Assembly (NCBI GenBank): GCA_963770895.1
Contig: CAVYRF010000001.1
Location: 672,001-736,000, forward strand
Length of the DNA stretch: 64,000 nucleotides
Origin: an uncultured Acidobacteriota bacterium
Lineage (GTDB): Bacteria > Acidobacteriota > Thermoanaerobaculia > Multivoradales > UBA5704
Direction: 5' to 3'
The notes beneath the pieces were generated by a model. The model worked only from the letters and a program-made list of their open reading frames with translations. It had not been told where the DNA came from and made no database searches. The position numbers and the translations under genes are program-made. Positions 38,390-47,335 of this stretch are shown piece by piece (the first letter of the stretch is position 1; every line of letters starts with the position of its first letter).

Positions 38390-40276
38390 TTACCCTGACG
38401 ATAGCGACCCTCGCTGTATCCGGCCGCCGCCTGCCCGTGCCTGCCGCGGGTGGGAAGCGGTCGGAGTATACACCTCCGGCATGGTGGCGCCGGGTGACGA
38501 CAGCATCCCCCTGGCCGCCGCCAGGGCTGCCGCCAGGGGGATGCGGGCGGGGCGGTTGCGGGCGGCGTCGAAGAGGGCCTGGCTGAGCGGTCCCGCGGGC
38601 TGGGAGTGGACCAGCTTTTCGTGGTGGGCAAAGTAGAGGGTGGGCGTGGCGGCGGCTTCGGCCAGGTGGATCGGGGCGCTGTCGTTGGAGACCAGCAGGC
38701 GCGCGCCGGCGACCAGGGCCGCCAGGGCGCCGAAGGAATCCCGGCGGATGACGATGCGGCCGCGGTCGGCGGCGCCGGCCTGCCCGCGGCGCAGGTGTTG
38801 CTCCACCGCGGCGAGCACCGCGGCGTCGCCGGCGCCGCCTTCGATCAGCACGTGCAGGCCGTCGGCCGCCAGGCCCAGCGCCAGGGCGGCGAACTTGCGC
38901 GCCGGCCAGCGGGTCGACGAGCGCGCGCCGGGGGTGAGCACCGCGAAGGGGGCGTCGCCGATCCCGGCGGCGGCGAGCGCCGCGGCGGCTTCGTCGCGCC
39001 AGGCGGCGCACAGCGGCAGCTCGATGCGGCGGTCGACCGAGCCCGCCGGCGCGGCACCGGGCAGCGGATCGAGCGCGTGCAGCAGCAGGCGCGGGCTGGG
39101 CAGGGTGTTCCAGAAAAACCAGGCCTCGTGGGTGAACAGCGGCGACGCCTCGCGGCCGTCGTCCGCCGCGTCGAAGTATTCCAGGTTGACCCGCCAGGGA
39201 ATGCCAAGCTGGGCCGCGGTTTCAGCCAGCCACCGTGCCGCCGGGCGCCGCACAAACGCGAACAGTGCGGCGTCGAAGCGGCGCGCCGCCAGCTGCTGCA
39301 CCAAAAGCTGCCGGGGGGAGAGCCCGGCCGCGCCGTGCGGATTGACCAGAGGGTCCAGCGGGTCGAGCGGATCCAGCTGTGCCAGCGGGCTCGCCGCCTC
39401 CGGAGGATGCAACGGGTTCACCCGGTCCGGCGGGTTCGCTGGGGTCGGGCTCACGGGCTTCAGCGCGTTCGGAGTGTTCGGTGTCTTTGGCGATTCCCGT
39501 GGGTCCGGCGGCAGGATCAGCAGCTCACCCAGCCGCGGATTGGTTGCCAGCGCCGGCACCGCGCCCGGGGCGGCCAGCACGGTGATCCGGACACCGGGCA
39601 GCCGGCTGTGCAGCGCGCGCAGCAGCGGCGTCAGCCACAGCGCGTCCCCCAGATGGGAGCGCGCCTGGAAGACCAGCACGCTGCGGACCGGGGCGGCGGG
39701 GCCGGGCGCCGCGGTCAGCCAGTGCGGCGAGTCCGCCGCCAGCGCGGCGGCGAACGCGTCGCCCGCCGCCCGCGCCGCCGCCCCGTCGGGCAGCCGCCAT
39801 TGGAAGGCGCGCGGCACCGGCGCCAGCCACCAGCCGGGCCGCCCGGCAATGCGCTCTGCGATGGCGGCGTCGTCGCCCAGCAGCACGCCGGCGGCGCCCG
39901 GCCGGGCGAGGCCGCCGGGGCTCCAGGGCGGTGCCCCTCCGTCGGGCGCCGCGGCGCCGCCGGGGATCCGCGCGACCGCCGCCGCCGGGAGCAGCGCAAA
40001 GGGGGCGTCGGTGGCCAGGGCCGAGCGCAGCCAGACCCGCGTGCGCACCGCGGGCCGCGCCGCCCCCAGCCCCTCGAGCAGGCCGTACAGGCCGGCGAAT
40101 TCCAGCCGGTGATGCACCGGCTGCCCGCACACCAGCTCCAGGTCGAAGCCCGCGGCGACCCCCTCCTGTGCCGCGACGGCGTCCAGGGCGCGCAGCAGGC
40201 CGGCGACGGTCGCGGGCAGCACCGGCAGGGGCAAGGTTCCCGCCGGGCGGCGAAGCTGTGGCTGGGGATCGGTCAT
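38390..40276 (-). CDS. Glycosyltransferase family 9 with unknown N-terminal extension
   Basis: HLGDALWLTPLLRAL, PGARSSTRWP, VSNDSAPIHLAEA motifs. Start placed at MTDPQ. Confidence 0.8.
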   Translation of the reverse strand: MTDPQPQLRRPAGTLPLPVLPATVAGLLRALDAVAAQEGVAAGFDLELVCGQPVHHRLEFAGLYGLLEGLGAARPAVRTRVWLRSALATDAPFALLPAAAVARIPGGAAAPDGGAPPWSPGGLARPGAAGVLLGDDAAIAERIAGRPGWWLAPVPRAFQWRLPDGAAARAAGDAFAAALAADSPHWLTAAPGPAAPVRSVLVFQARSHLGDALWLTPLLRALHSRLPGVRITVLAAPGAVPALATNPRLGELLILPPDPRESPKTPNTPNALKPVSPTPANPPDRVNPLHPPEAASPLAQLDPLDPLDPLVNPHGAAGLSPRQLLVQQLAARRFDAALFAFVRRPAARWLAETAAQLGIPWRVNLEYFDAADDGREASPLFTHEAWFFWNTLPSPRLLLHALDPLPGAAPAGSVDRRIELPLCAAWRDEAAAALAAAGIGDAPFAVLTPGARSSTRWPARKFAALALGLAADGLHVLIEGGAGDAAVLAAVEQHLRRGQAGAADRGRIVIRRDSFGALAALVAGARLLVSNDSAPIHLAEAAATPTLYFAHHEKLVHSQPAGPLSQALFDAARNRPARIPLAAALAAARGMLSSPGATMPEVYTPTASHPRQARAGGGRIQRGSLSSG

Positions 40277-40342
40277 CAACCGGGTTGGAGCAGTCGATCG
40301 CGCGCGCCGGCGCCGGCGCGGCTGCCGGCACCCCGGTGCAGT

Positions 40343-40350
40343 ATTATAGT
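40343..40350. promoter_or_regulatory. Overlapping divergent -10 elements (TATAAT on minus, TATAGT on plus)
   Basis: GTATTATAGT is a short AT-rich island between the divergent GT9 and kinase genes. Confidence 0.5.
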
Positions 40351-40377
40351 GCCACCTTACAGCCGCCAAACGAATCG

Positions 40378-41052
40378 ATGGGTCACGGGGCAAACGACGA
40401 AACCTGGCTGCGCGAGCGGCTGCGCCAGGTCTACTGGCTGGGGGGCTCGGCCTGCTCGGGCAAGACCGCCGTGGCGCGCCGCCTTGCCGCGGCGCACGGG
40501 CTGGCGGTGTACCACACCGACGACTCCTTCGAGCGCCATCGCCGGCAGGCCGATCCGCGCCGCTACCCGGCGTTCTGCCGCGTCGGCGACCTGGCCGTCG
40601 AAGCGCTGCTGGCGGCGCCGGCTGATGAGCAGGCCAGCGAAATGCTGGCCTTCCACCGCGAGCACCTGGAGCTGGTGATCGCCGACCTGGCGGCGGCGCC
40701 GCCGGACCAGCCTCTGCTGGTCGAAGGAACGTGCCTGCTGCCGGCGCGCGTCGCGCAGCTGGCGGCGGGGCCCGCGCGGACCCTGTGGCTGCTGGCGACG
40801 CCGCGGTTCCGGCGCCGCAGCTACCGCCGGCGCGGCCCCTGGGTGGAACGCATGCTCGCCGCGTGCGATCAGCCGGCGGCGGCCTTCGAGCGCTGGATGG
40901 CGCGCGACGACGCGCTGGCCGACTGGCGCCGGCAGCAGCTTGCCGCCCTCGGTCTGGCATGGCGCGACGTCGACGGCAGGCGCCCGCCGGCAGAAGAGGC
41001 CGCCGCCGTGGCAGCCCATTTCCAGCTCGCCGTGCCGGCGGGCGTGGGCTGA
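40378..41052 (+). CDS. P-loop (nucleoside/shikimate kinase-like) protein
   Basis: YWLGGSACSGKT Walker A, YHTDD, LLVEG. Confidence 0.75.
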   Translation: MGHGANDETWLRERLRQVYWLGGSACSGKTAVARRLAAAHGLAVYHTDDSFERHRRQADPRRYPAFCRVGDLAVEALLAAPADEQASEMLAFHREHLELVIADLAAAPPDQPLLVEGTCLLPARVAQLAAGPARTLWLLATPRFRRRSYRRRGPWVERMLAACDQPAAAFERWMARDDALADWRRQQLAALGLAWRDVDGRRPPAEEAAAVAAHFQLAVPAGVG

Positions 41053-41149
41053 TGAGCGCGCGGCGCGCAGTGGGCGATACGCCAGGCCGGCGCGGGCAGT
41101 GGGCGATGACGGGCCGGATGCCGCGCCAACCGGGAAGGAGGCAGTGCCG

Positions 41150-41962
41150 ATGGAAGACACCGTAGCGGCGGCGGGCGCCACCGACGCCGAGCGCTATTTC
41201 TTCGAGGCCAACGGCTACCTGGTGATCCACGACGCCCTGGGGCCGCGCGACCTGGCGCGGGTGTGCGCCGCGGGCGAAGCCGCCGCCGCGCGCTGGCGGG
41301 CCGATCCGGCGCTGCCGGGGCCGCGCCGCGCCGACCTGGAAAGCATCCTGGCGATCGTCGAATACGACCCGGTGTTCCTGGAGGTGCTGGAAAACCCGCG
41401 CGTCCTGCCGGTGGTGCGCGACCTGCTGGGCCCGGATCTCATGCTGGTCGACAACGACTACTTTCTCACCCCGCCCGGCGCCACGATCCGCCGCGGCTGG
41501 CACTACGACGAATCCTTCCCCGGCGTGTATCACCCGCGCTCGCGGCTGCTGGTCAAGGTGTTCTACGTGCTGCAGGACATCCCGCCCGGCGGCGGCGCCA
41601 CGCTGGTGCTGCCCGGCTCGCACTGCTTTGCCGCCGACCTGCGCCTGCCCAACTCCGAGGTGCCCGAAGACCTGCCGGGAAGCGTGCCGCTCCACCTGCC
41701 GGCGGGGGCCGCCTATCTGATGTCCGGGCGCACCTATCACTCGGCCGGCACCAACCGCTCGGCGCTCTACCGCAAGCTGCTGATCTATACCTATGGGCAC
41801 AAATGGATGCGCGTCTGGGACAGCTACGAACCCTCGGCGGCGCTGGCGGCGCGCGCCGAGCGGCCGATCACCCGCCAGCTGCTGGGGCTGACCGATCCCT
41901 ATGGCGCCAACGCGCCCCTGGCGGCAAGCGACGGCCAGGCGGCCGCCCAGGTGGAAGCGTGA
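41150..41962 (+). CDS. PhyH-family Fe(II)/2-oxoglutarate dioxygenase
   Basis: FFEANGYL, WHYD (HxD), GATLVLPGSH, distal His in YHSAG. AGGAGG RBS. Confidence 0.9.
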   Translation: MEDTVAAAGATDAERYFFEANGYLVIHDALGPRDLARVCAAGEAAAARWRADPALPGPRRADLESILAIVEYDPVFLEVLENPRVLPVVRDLLGPDLMLVDNDYFLTPPGATIRRGWHYDESFPGVYHPRSRLLVKVFYVLQDIPPGGGATLVLPGSHCFAADLRLPNSEVPEDLPGSVPLHLPAGAAYLMSGRTYHSAGTNRSALYRKLLIYTYGHKWMRVWDSYEPSAALAARAERPITRQLLGLTDPYGANAPLAASDGQAAAQVEA

Positions 41963-42741
41963 GCGCGGCCACCCTGTGCGACGACGAGCGCCTCTTCTTC
42001 GAGGCCAACGGCTACCTCATGCTGGAAGGCGCCCTGACCGCCGCCGAAGTCGCCCGCCTGCGCCAGGTCACCGACGAAGCCGAGCAGCGTTTTCACCGCA
42101 ACCCCGATCTGCCGGGCTCGCGCCTGCCGGAATTCCTTGAGCTCGAAGCCATCATGGAGTATCACCAGCAGCTCTTCGATCTCGTCGAGCACCCCCACGT
42201 CTTCCCGCGCGTGCGCCAGGTGCTGGGCCCCGACATCGCCGTGATCGATCACGCCTACTACGTCACCCCGCCGGGCGGCGTCGTCACCGGCAGCGCCTGG
42301 CACACCGACCTGGGCAAGCGCATTCACGGCGTCTACAACCCGCGCTCGATCCTGATGGTGCGGGTGATGTACACCCTGGACGACGTCGGTCCGAACGACG
42401 GCGCCACCCTGGTGCTGCCGGGCTCGCACCGCTTCACCCCCGACGTCGCGGTGCCGCGCGTCGAAGTGCCCGAGCAGATGCCCGGCAGCGTGCGCCTGAC
42501 ATGCCCGGCCGGCAGCGCCTACCTGTTCAACGGCAACATCCTGCACTGCCCCGGCAACAACCGCGGCACCCGCAACCGCCGCATGCTGCTCTACAACTAC
42601 GGCCACCGCTGGATGCGCATGTGGAAAGGCCACGACCCGTCGCCATGGCTGGCCCAGCGCGCCACCACCCCCATGCGCCGCCAGCTCCTCGGCCTCGGCC
42701 GCCACTACTACGGCGCCGACGCCCCCTGCGAACCCGCCTGA
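41959..42741 (+). CDS. PhyH-family Fe(II)/2-oxoglutarate dioxygenase (paralog)
   Basis: FFEANGYL, WHTD, GATLVLPGSH, LHCPG. GTGA overlap with the first paralog. Confidence 0.9.
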   Translation: MSAATLCDDERLFFEANGYLMLEGALTAAEVARLRQVTDEAEQRFHRNPDLPGSRLPEFLELEAIMEYHQQLFDLVEHPHVFPRVRQVLGPDIAVIDHAYYVTPPGGVVTGSAWHTDLGKRIHGVYNPRSILMVRVMYTLDDVGPNDGATLVLPGSHRFTPDVAVPRVEVPEQMPGSVRLTCPAGSAYLFNGNILHCPGNNRGTRNRRMLLYNYGHRWMRMWKGHDPSPWLAQRATTPMRRQLLGLGRHYYGADAPCEPA

Positions 42742-43889
42742 GCGCCGGTCTCCTCGATCGTTGCCGGACGCTTGCCCGCCCGGTGGTGCAGCAAGCCGGG
42801 AAGATCTCCCAGGGGGGAGGGCGGCGTCAGGCGATGGTAGGAGAGGGCCTGGACGCTGTTGCCCAGCCAGCGCGGCCAGGCGCGGGCCAGGGCGAAGCCG
42901 ACTTCGGCGGGCCAGGTGGCGAAGCGCCGGCGGTAGAGCACCTGGTCGCGGTCGACGTCCACCACGCGCAGCTCGTTGCGGTCGGCCAGCGCGAAGGCGT
43001 AGATGCCGCCGGCGATCTGCTGCACGTCGTGCAGCCAGCGGGAGCCGACGGCGAAGCGGTGGGCGATGCGGCCGCCGTCGTCCAGGACGATCAGGGCGCC
43101 GGCGGTGCTGTCGGCAAAGTAGAGGCGGCCGGCGTCGTCGAAGCGGGCACCGTGGCAGCCGACGAAGCCGCGGGTGACCTCCTCGTAGCGCTCGCGCTGC
43201 AGGTCGTAGACCCCGATCGCCCCCTGGATCAGGGTCGATACCGCGATCCAGCGCCCGCTCGCGTCGGGAAAGGCGGCGTTCACGTGCGCCGCCTGCAGCC
43301 GGTCCGGGACGTAGTGGCGGCGCAGGTCCAGCTCCGGGGTCAGCGGATAGGCGCGCGGGTAGACCGTCGCCGGCAGCGGCAGCCGGCGGACGACCGCGGC
43401 GGCGGCGTCGTCGACGACCAGCAGGGCGTCCGCCGCCGAGCACGACAGCACGGCGCCGCCGCCGGGCAGCGGCGCCACGGTGTGCAGGCCCGCCAGGTGC
43501 GGGTCTTCGCAGCGGCCGGCGAGCTCCGGGCGGGCCGCCGCCAGGCGCGTCACCAGGGCGGCGGACCGCCGCAGGCGCCAGCTCTCCAGGTGGTGCTCGC
43601 AGCCCACCAGCAGGTGGTGCGCGTCGACGAAAGCGGCGTGCTGGATGCGGACGCGGCTGCGCAGGGCGCCCAGCGGCAGCACCCGGACGCGGCCGCCGTC
43701 CTCGACCACGCGATACAGGCTGAGGCCGCCGCTGTACAGGTGCGTCGCCGGCGGCAGGCTGGCCGCGGGCGGCGGGCGGCGCAGGCGGTCCGCATCGCCG
43801 AAGCGGCGCTCCAGGAACTGCGGCGAGCAGCGCTCCAGGTTGGTGCGCCGGCTCGAATGGGTCAGGCAGAGCAGCCCCAGGATGCGCAT
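42708..43889 (-). CDS. Hypothetical beta-propeller protein with His-bearing blades
   Basis: Repeated blade starts IQHAAF, GLHTV, AHVNAAF, GCHGARF, WLHDV. GC-typical codon usage. Co-oriented with the FkbM-GT4 gene. Confidence 0.65.
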   Translation of the reverse strand: MRILGLLCLTHSSRRTNLERCSPQFLERRFGDADRLRRPPPAASLPPATHLYSGGLSLYRVVEDGGRVRVLPLGALRSRVRIQHAAFVDAHHLLVGCEHHLESWRLRRSAALVTRLAAARPELAGRCEDPHLAGLHTVAPLPGGGAVLSCSAADALLVVDDAAAAVVRRLPLPATVYPRAYPLTPELDLRRHYVPDRLQAAHVNAAFPDASGRWIAVSTLIQGAIGVYDLQRERYEEVTRGFVGCHGARFDDAGRLYFADSTAGALIVLDDGGRIAHRFAVGSRWLHDVQQIAGGIYAFALADRNELRVVDVDRDQVLYRRRFATWPAEVGFALARAWPRWLGNSVQALSYHRLTPPSPLGDLPGLLHHRAGKRPATIEETGAQAGSQGASAP

Positions 43890-43922
43890 GTGCCGCCGCC
43901 GCCGGTGTCTCGCCGCCGCCGT

Positions 43923-45839
43923 TCAGAGCCCGCGGCCGAGCAGGGCGTGGATGCGGTCCAGGTACAGGCCGGCGACCGCCTCCTGCGAGCACAGCCGCGC
44001 CACCTTGCGGCGCAGCGGCGCGCCGACGCCGGGGCCCAGGCGGGCCAGCGCCTGGCGCAGCGATGCGACGTCCGGTTCGCCGTCGCGGCTGTCGACGAAC
44101 AGGATCTCGTCGGCGAACACCTGCGGCAGGGCGCCGACGCGGGTGGCGATCACCGGCACCCCCAGCATGCCGGCCTCCACGACCACCATCGGAAACCCTT
44201 CGCTGGCCGACAGCACGACGACCGCGTCGACGCTGCGCAGCAGCGTGCCGATCGCCATGCCCGGCGGCAGCAGGTGCAAGCGCTGGGTGGTGCCGTGCGC
44301 GGCGGCCAGGGCCGCCAGGCCGGCGCGGGTCTGCTCGGCGGTGTCGATGCCCTGCACGACCAGGTTGCAGTCGAGCTCCGCCAGGCGCTCGACCAGCCAG
44401 GCGGCGCGCTTGAACAGCAGCAGCCTGCCCAGGAAGCCCAGGATCGGGGGATGCCGCGATCGTGCCGTCCGCGCCGCGCCGCCGGCGAACAGGCGCTGGC
44501 CGCTGCCGCGCAGGCGATCGCGTGAGCACGGGTTGGGGATGACCACGGCGTCGTCGATGCGGTCGCGCATCACCGGCGACACGCAGGCGCAGTCGTCGAT
44601 CACGTGCCGCCAGCGCCGGTGGACGTCGACCTCCTGCTCCTTTTCCGTGTGCACCACGCGCAGCGAGCGCGGCCTGCGGGTCATCGACGCCAGCGCCCGC
44701 GGCACGGCGGGATTGAGCCCGTACCACAGCGCCACGTCCTGGTCCTCCAGGGCCGCCACCAGGTCCTGGCCGGTGGCGGCCACCGTCGCCGTGCCGAAGC
44801 GCGCCACCAGCTCCGGCGCCAGGTCGAAGAGCGGCTGCGGCCGCGCGTCGGCGTTGGGATCGTTGGGATCGCGGCGGGCCGGCAGCGGCGCGCCGCCCGG
44901 CACCTGGTCCAGGACGCAGACGGACACGGCGGCCCGGCGGCGCAAGGCCTCGGCCACCGCGATCATCGCGGTTTCGCCGCCGCCCAGCTCGCGGTGGGGG
45001 AAGACCACGCAGACGCGCGGCCGCGCGTGCCGCCCCCGCCGTCCCTGCCGCAGCGGTGCGAGCGGCGGCCGCTTGGCGCCGATCCCCGCCTTGCGATGGG
45101 CGATGAAGCTCCCCCAGGGGTGGGGACCGCCGGGGTCGAGGTGCACGACGTGGGTGGCGGCCAGGGCGTCGGCGATGCGCGGCGGATTGAACGGGAAGTG
45201 CCATTCGCCGCGAATCCAGCCGACGCGGTGCAGGCGGCCGGCCGCCGCCAGGCGCGCCAGGATCTCGCCCTCCGCGCCCTCGCAGTCCAGTTTCAACAGG
45301 TCGATCTCGGGGTTGCCGTGGCGGTCGAGCAGCTCGATCACGTCCAGCGCATCCACCACCACGGTGGCGGCGGCGCCTTCGCCGTGCGCCAGCGCCGCGC
45401 CCACCTCCTCGACGCGGCTGGCCGCGGCGTTGCCGTCCGCGTTGGCGCCGCCCTGGCGCAGCCGGGTGGTGCGCGCCCCCGGCCGGCCGAGCACCGCGCC
45501 GGCAAACACGCTCACCCCGTCCAGGCCGCCGACGTTGTGCGCCAGCAGGGCGGCGCTTTCGGGGTCCGGCTCGGCGGCGATCACCCGCGCCTCGGGCCAC
45601 AGGCGTTTGACCTTCAGGGTGAAGGCGCCGACGTGGGCGCCGACGTCGAGCACCGTGCGCGGGCGGTCGCCCGCCGCGCAAAGCGGCGCCAGCTGGTATT
45701 CGTCGCCTTCCAGGATGGAGCGCACCACTTCCTCGTCGCAGCGCCGCCCCGGCGGCTGGGCGCGCACCCAGAGCGTGAAGCCGGCCACTTCGATCGGCGC
45801 GGCATCCAGCAACAGGCGGGTGGCGACGACGAGCTGCAA
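43923..45839 (-). CDS. FkbM-family methyltransferase fused to a GT4 glycosyltransferase
   Basis: VLDVGAHVG and LLKLDCEGAE (FkbM); LGGGE, FLGRL..FK, SEGFPMVVVEA (GT4). AAGGAGGAG RBS before TTG. Confidence 0.88.
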   Translation of the reverse strand: MQLVVATRLLLDAAPIEVAGFTLWVRAQPPGRRCDEEVVRSILEGDEYQLAPLCAAGDRPRTVLDVGAHVGAFTLKVKRLWPEARVIAAEPDPESAALLAHNVGGLDGVSVFAGAVLGRPGARTTRLRQGGANADGNAAASRVEEVGAALAHGEGAAATVVVDALDVIELLDRHGNPEIDLLKLDCEGAEGEILARLAAAGRLHRVGWIRGEWHFPFNPPRIADALAATHVVHLDPGGPHPWGSFIAHRKAGIGAKRPPLAPLRQGRRGRHARPRVCVVFPHRELGGGETAMIAVAEALRRRAAVSVCVLDQVPGGAPLPARRDPNDPNADARPQPLFDLAPELVARFGTATVAATGQDLVAALEDQDVALWYGLNPAVPRALASMTRRPRSLRVVHTEKEQEVDVHRRWRHVIDDCACVSPVMRDRIDDAVVIPNPCSRDRLRGSGQRLFAGGAARTARSRHPPILGFLGRLLLFKRAAWLVERLAELDCNLVVQGIDTAEQTRAGLAALAAAHGTTQRLHLLPPGMAIGTLLRSVDAVVVLSASEGFPMVVVEAGMLGVPVIATRVGALPQVFADEILFVDSRDGEPDVASLRQALARLGPGVGAPLRRKVARLCSQEAVAGLYLDRIHALLGRGL

Positions 45840-45911
45840 GCGGCTCCTCCTTGGTCAGGCCCCGGATCGCGTGGGAGGCTCGGCCGGCATGGTATATTCT
45901 CCGCGCTCTTT

Positions 45912-46568
45912 ATGGAAAGCCTCATCAGGGTGCTCCCATCGGCTCCCCTCGCCATCCACCGCCGGAACGCTCGTGCCGGAGCTCTGGCGATGCTCCTGCT
46001 GGCCGCCTCCTGGGCCGGGGCTCCCGCTGGCGCCGCTGGGGCCGCGGCGGTTCCGGTCGTCGCCTCGGGCGACCTGCGCATCCCGGACGTGACGCTGCTC
46101 GACCAGGACGGCCGGCCGGTGCGGTTCTGGAGCGACCTGGCGCGGGACAAGGTGGTCGCGGTCAGCTTCGTGTTCACCACCTGCACCACCATCTGCCTGC
46201 CCATCGGCGCCAACTTCGGGCGCCTGCGCAGCCAGTTGGGCCGCCGCGCCGGCGCCGACGTCCAGCTCATCTCGATCAGCATCGATCCCGAAGAGGACAC
46301 GCCCGCCCGCCTCAAGTCCTGGGCCGCCAGGTTCGGCGGCGGACCGGGCTGGACGCTGCTCACCGGCCCGTCGCGGGACGTCGATCGTCTGCTGCGCGCG
46401 CTGCAAGCGTATACTCCCGATTTCCGCAACCACTCGTCGCTGATCTTGGTTGGAAACGCGGCGACGGGAACCTGGCGGCGGATCTCTGGCCTGGCGCCGG
46501 CGGACCAGATCGCCGCGCAGCTCACCAGCCTGGCGGCGCCGCAACGGCCGGTGCCGCCGGCCCCCTGA
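45912..46568 (+). CDS. SCO1/SenC copper chaperone
   Basis: FVFTTCTTIC (CxxxC), SISIDP..DTP, WTLLTG, His in NHSS. Start may be 45990. Confidence 0.88.
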   Translation: MESLIRVLPSAPLAIHRRNARAGALAMLLLAASWAGAPAGAAGAAAVPVVASGDLRIPDVTLLDQDGRPVRFWSDLARDKVVAVSFVFTTCTTICLPIGANFGRLRSQLGRRAGADVQLISISIDPEEDTPARLKSWAARFGGGPGWTLLTGPSRDVDRLLRALQAYTPDFRNHSSLILVGNAATGTWRRISGLAPADQIAAQLTSLAAPQRPVPPAP

Positions 46569-46642
46569 CGTTTTCGGTCTGGCGCCGGTCTTAGGCTGCC
46601 AGCCATCGATTTGAGTGTTCGGAGGTTGAGAAGGAGCTGCAG

Positions 46643-47335
46643 ATGAAGTGTCTCATCCGACCCACGCTGGCGGCGCTCTCCCGGCGCGCCGGCATCGCCT
46701 CGGTGCTGGCCGCGATCGCCGCGACCGCGATGGCCGTGATCGTGCTGACCGTCACCGCCGCACCGCTCGGCGCCGCGGTGGCCTGGACCGACCACCTGAC
46801 GACGGCCCCTCCCGAACCGCCGCTCGCCCCGCCCGCCGGCCCCGTCTCGCCGGCCCGCAAGTACTTCTCGGACGTGGAGCTGGTGGACCAGAACGGCCAC
46901 ACCCAGCACCTGTACAGCGACCTGCTGCAAGGTAAAACGGTCGTCGTCGAAGCCTTCTTCACCACCTGCACCGGCGCCTGTCCGGTGATGGGGCAGAAGC
47001 TGGCCGCCCTGCAGGAATGGCTGGGAGACCGCCTCGGCAAGGACGTCTACCTGCTCTCCTTCTCCGTCGATCCGCAGACCGACACCCCGGCGCGCCTCAA
47101 GCAATACGCCCAGCAGCTGGGCGCCCGGCCAGGCTGGTACTTCCTCACCGGCAAGAAGGAAAACGTCGACTGGGCGCTCTACAAGCTCGGCGACTACGTC
47201 GAGCAGAAGCAGGATCACTCCAACCTGCTGATCTTCGGCAACGAGCCGACCGGTCTGTGGAAAAAAGTCTTCGGTCTGGCCCAGTCCGAAGACCTGATCC
47301 ACTCCCTGGATGCGGTGCTGCACGACCGCGGTTAG
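46643..47335 (+). CDS. SCO1/SenC copper chaperone
   Basis: FFTTCTGACP, SVDPQTDTP, WYFLTG, DHSN. AAGGAG RBS. Confidence 0.9.
   Translation: MKCLIRPTLAALSRRAGIASVLAAIAATAMAVIVLTVTAAPLGAAVAWTDHLTTAPPEPPLAPPAGPVSPARKYFSDVELVDQNGHTQHLYSDLLQGKTVVVEAFFTTCTGACPVMGQKLAALQEWLGDRLGKDVYLLSFSVDPQTDTPARLKQYAQQLGARPGWYFLTGKKENVDWALYKLGDYVEQKQDHSNLLIFGNEPTGLWKKVFGLAQSEDLIHSLDAVLHDRG

Noticed and set aside
41899-46092. 1260-aa, 870-aa and 674-aa Arg/Pro/Ala-rich ORFs
   Set aside because: Alternate frames over the PhyH, propeller and FkbM-GT4 genes, with composition typical of GC-rich non-coding frames.
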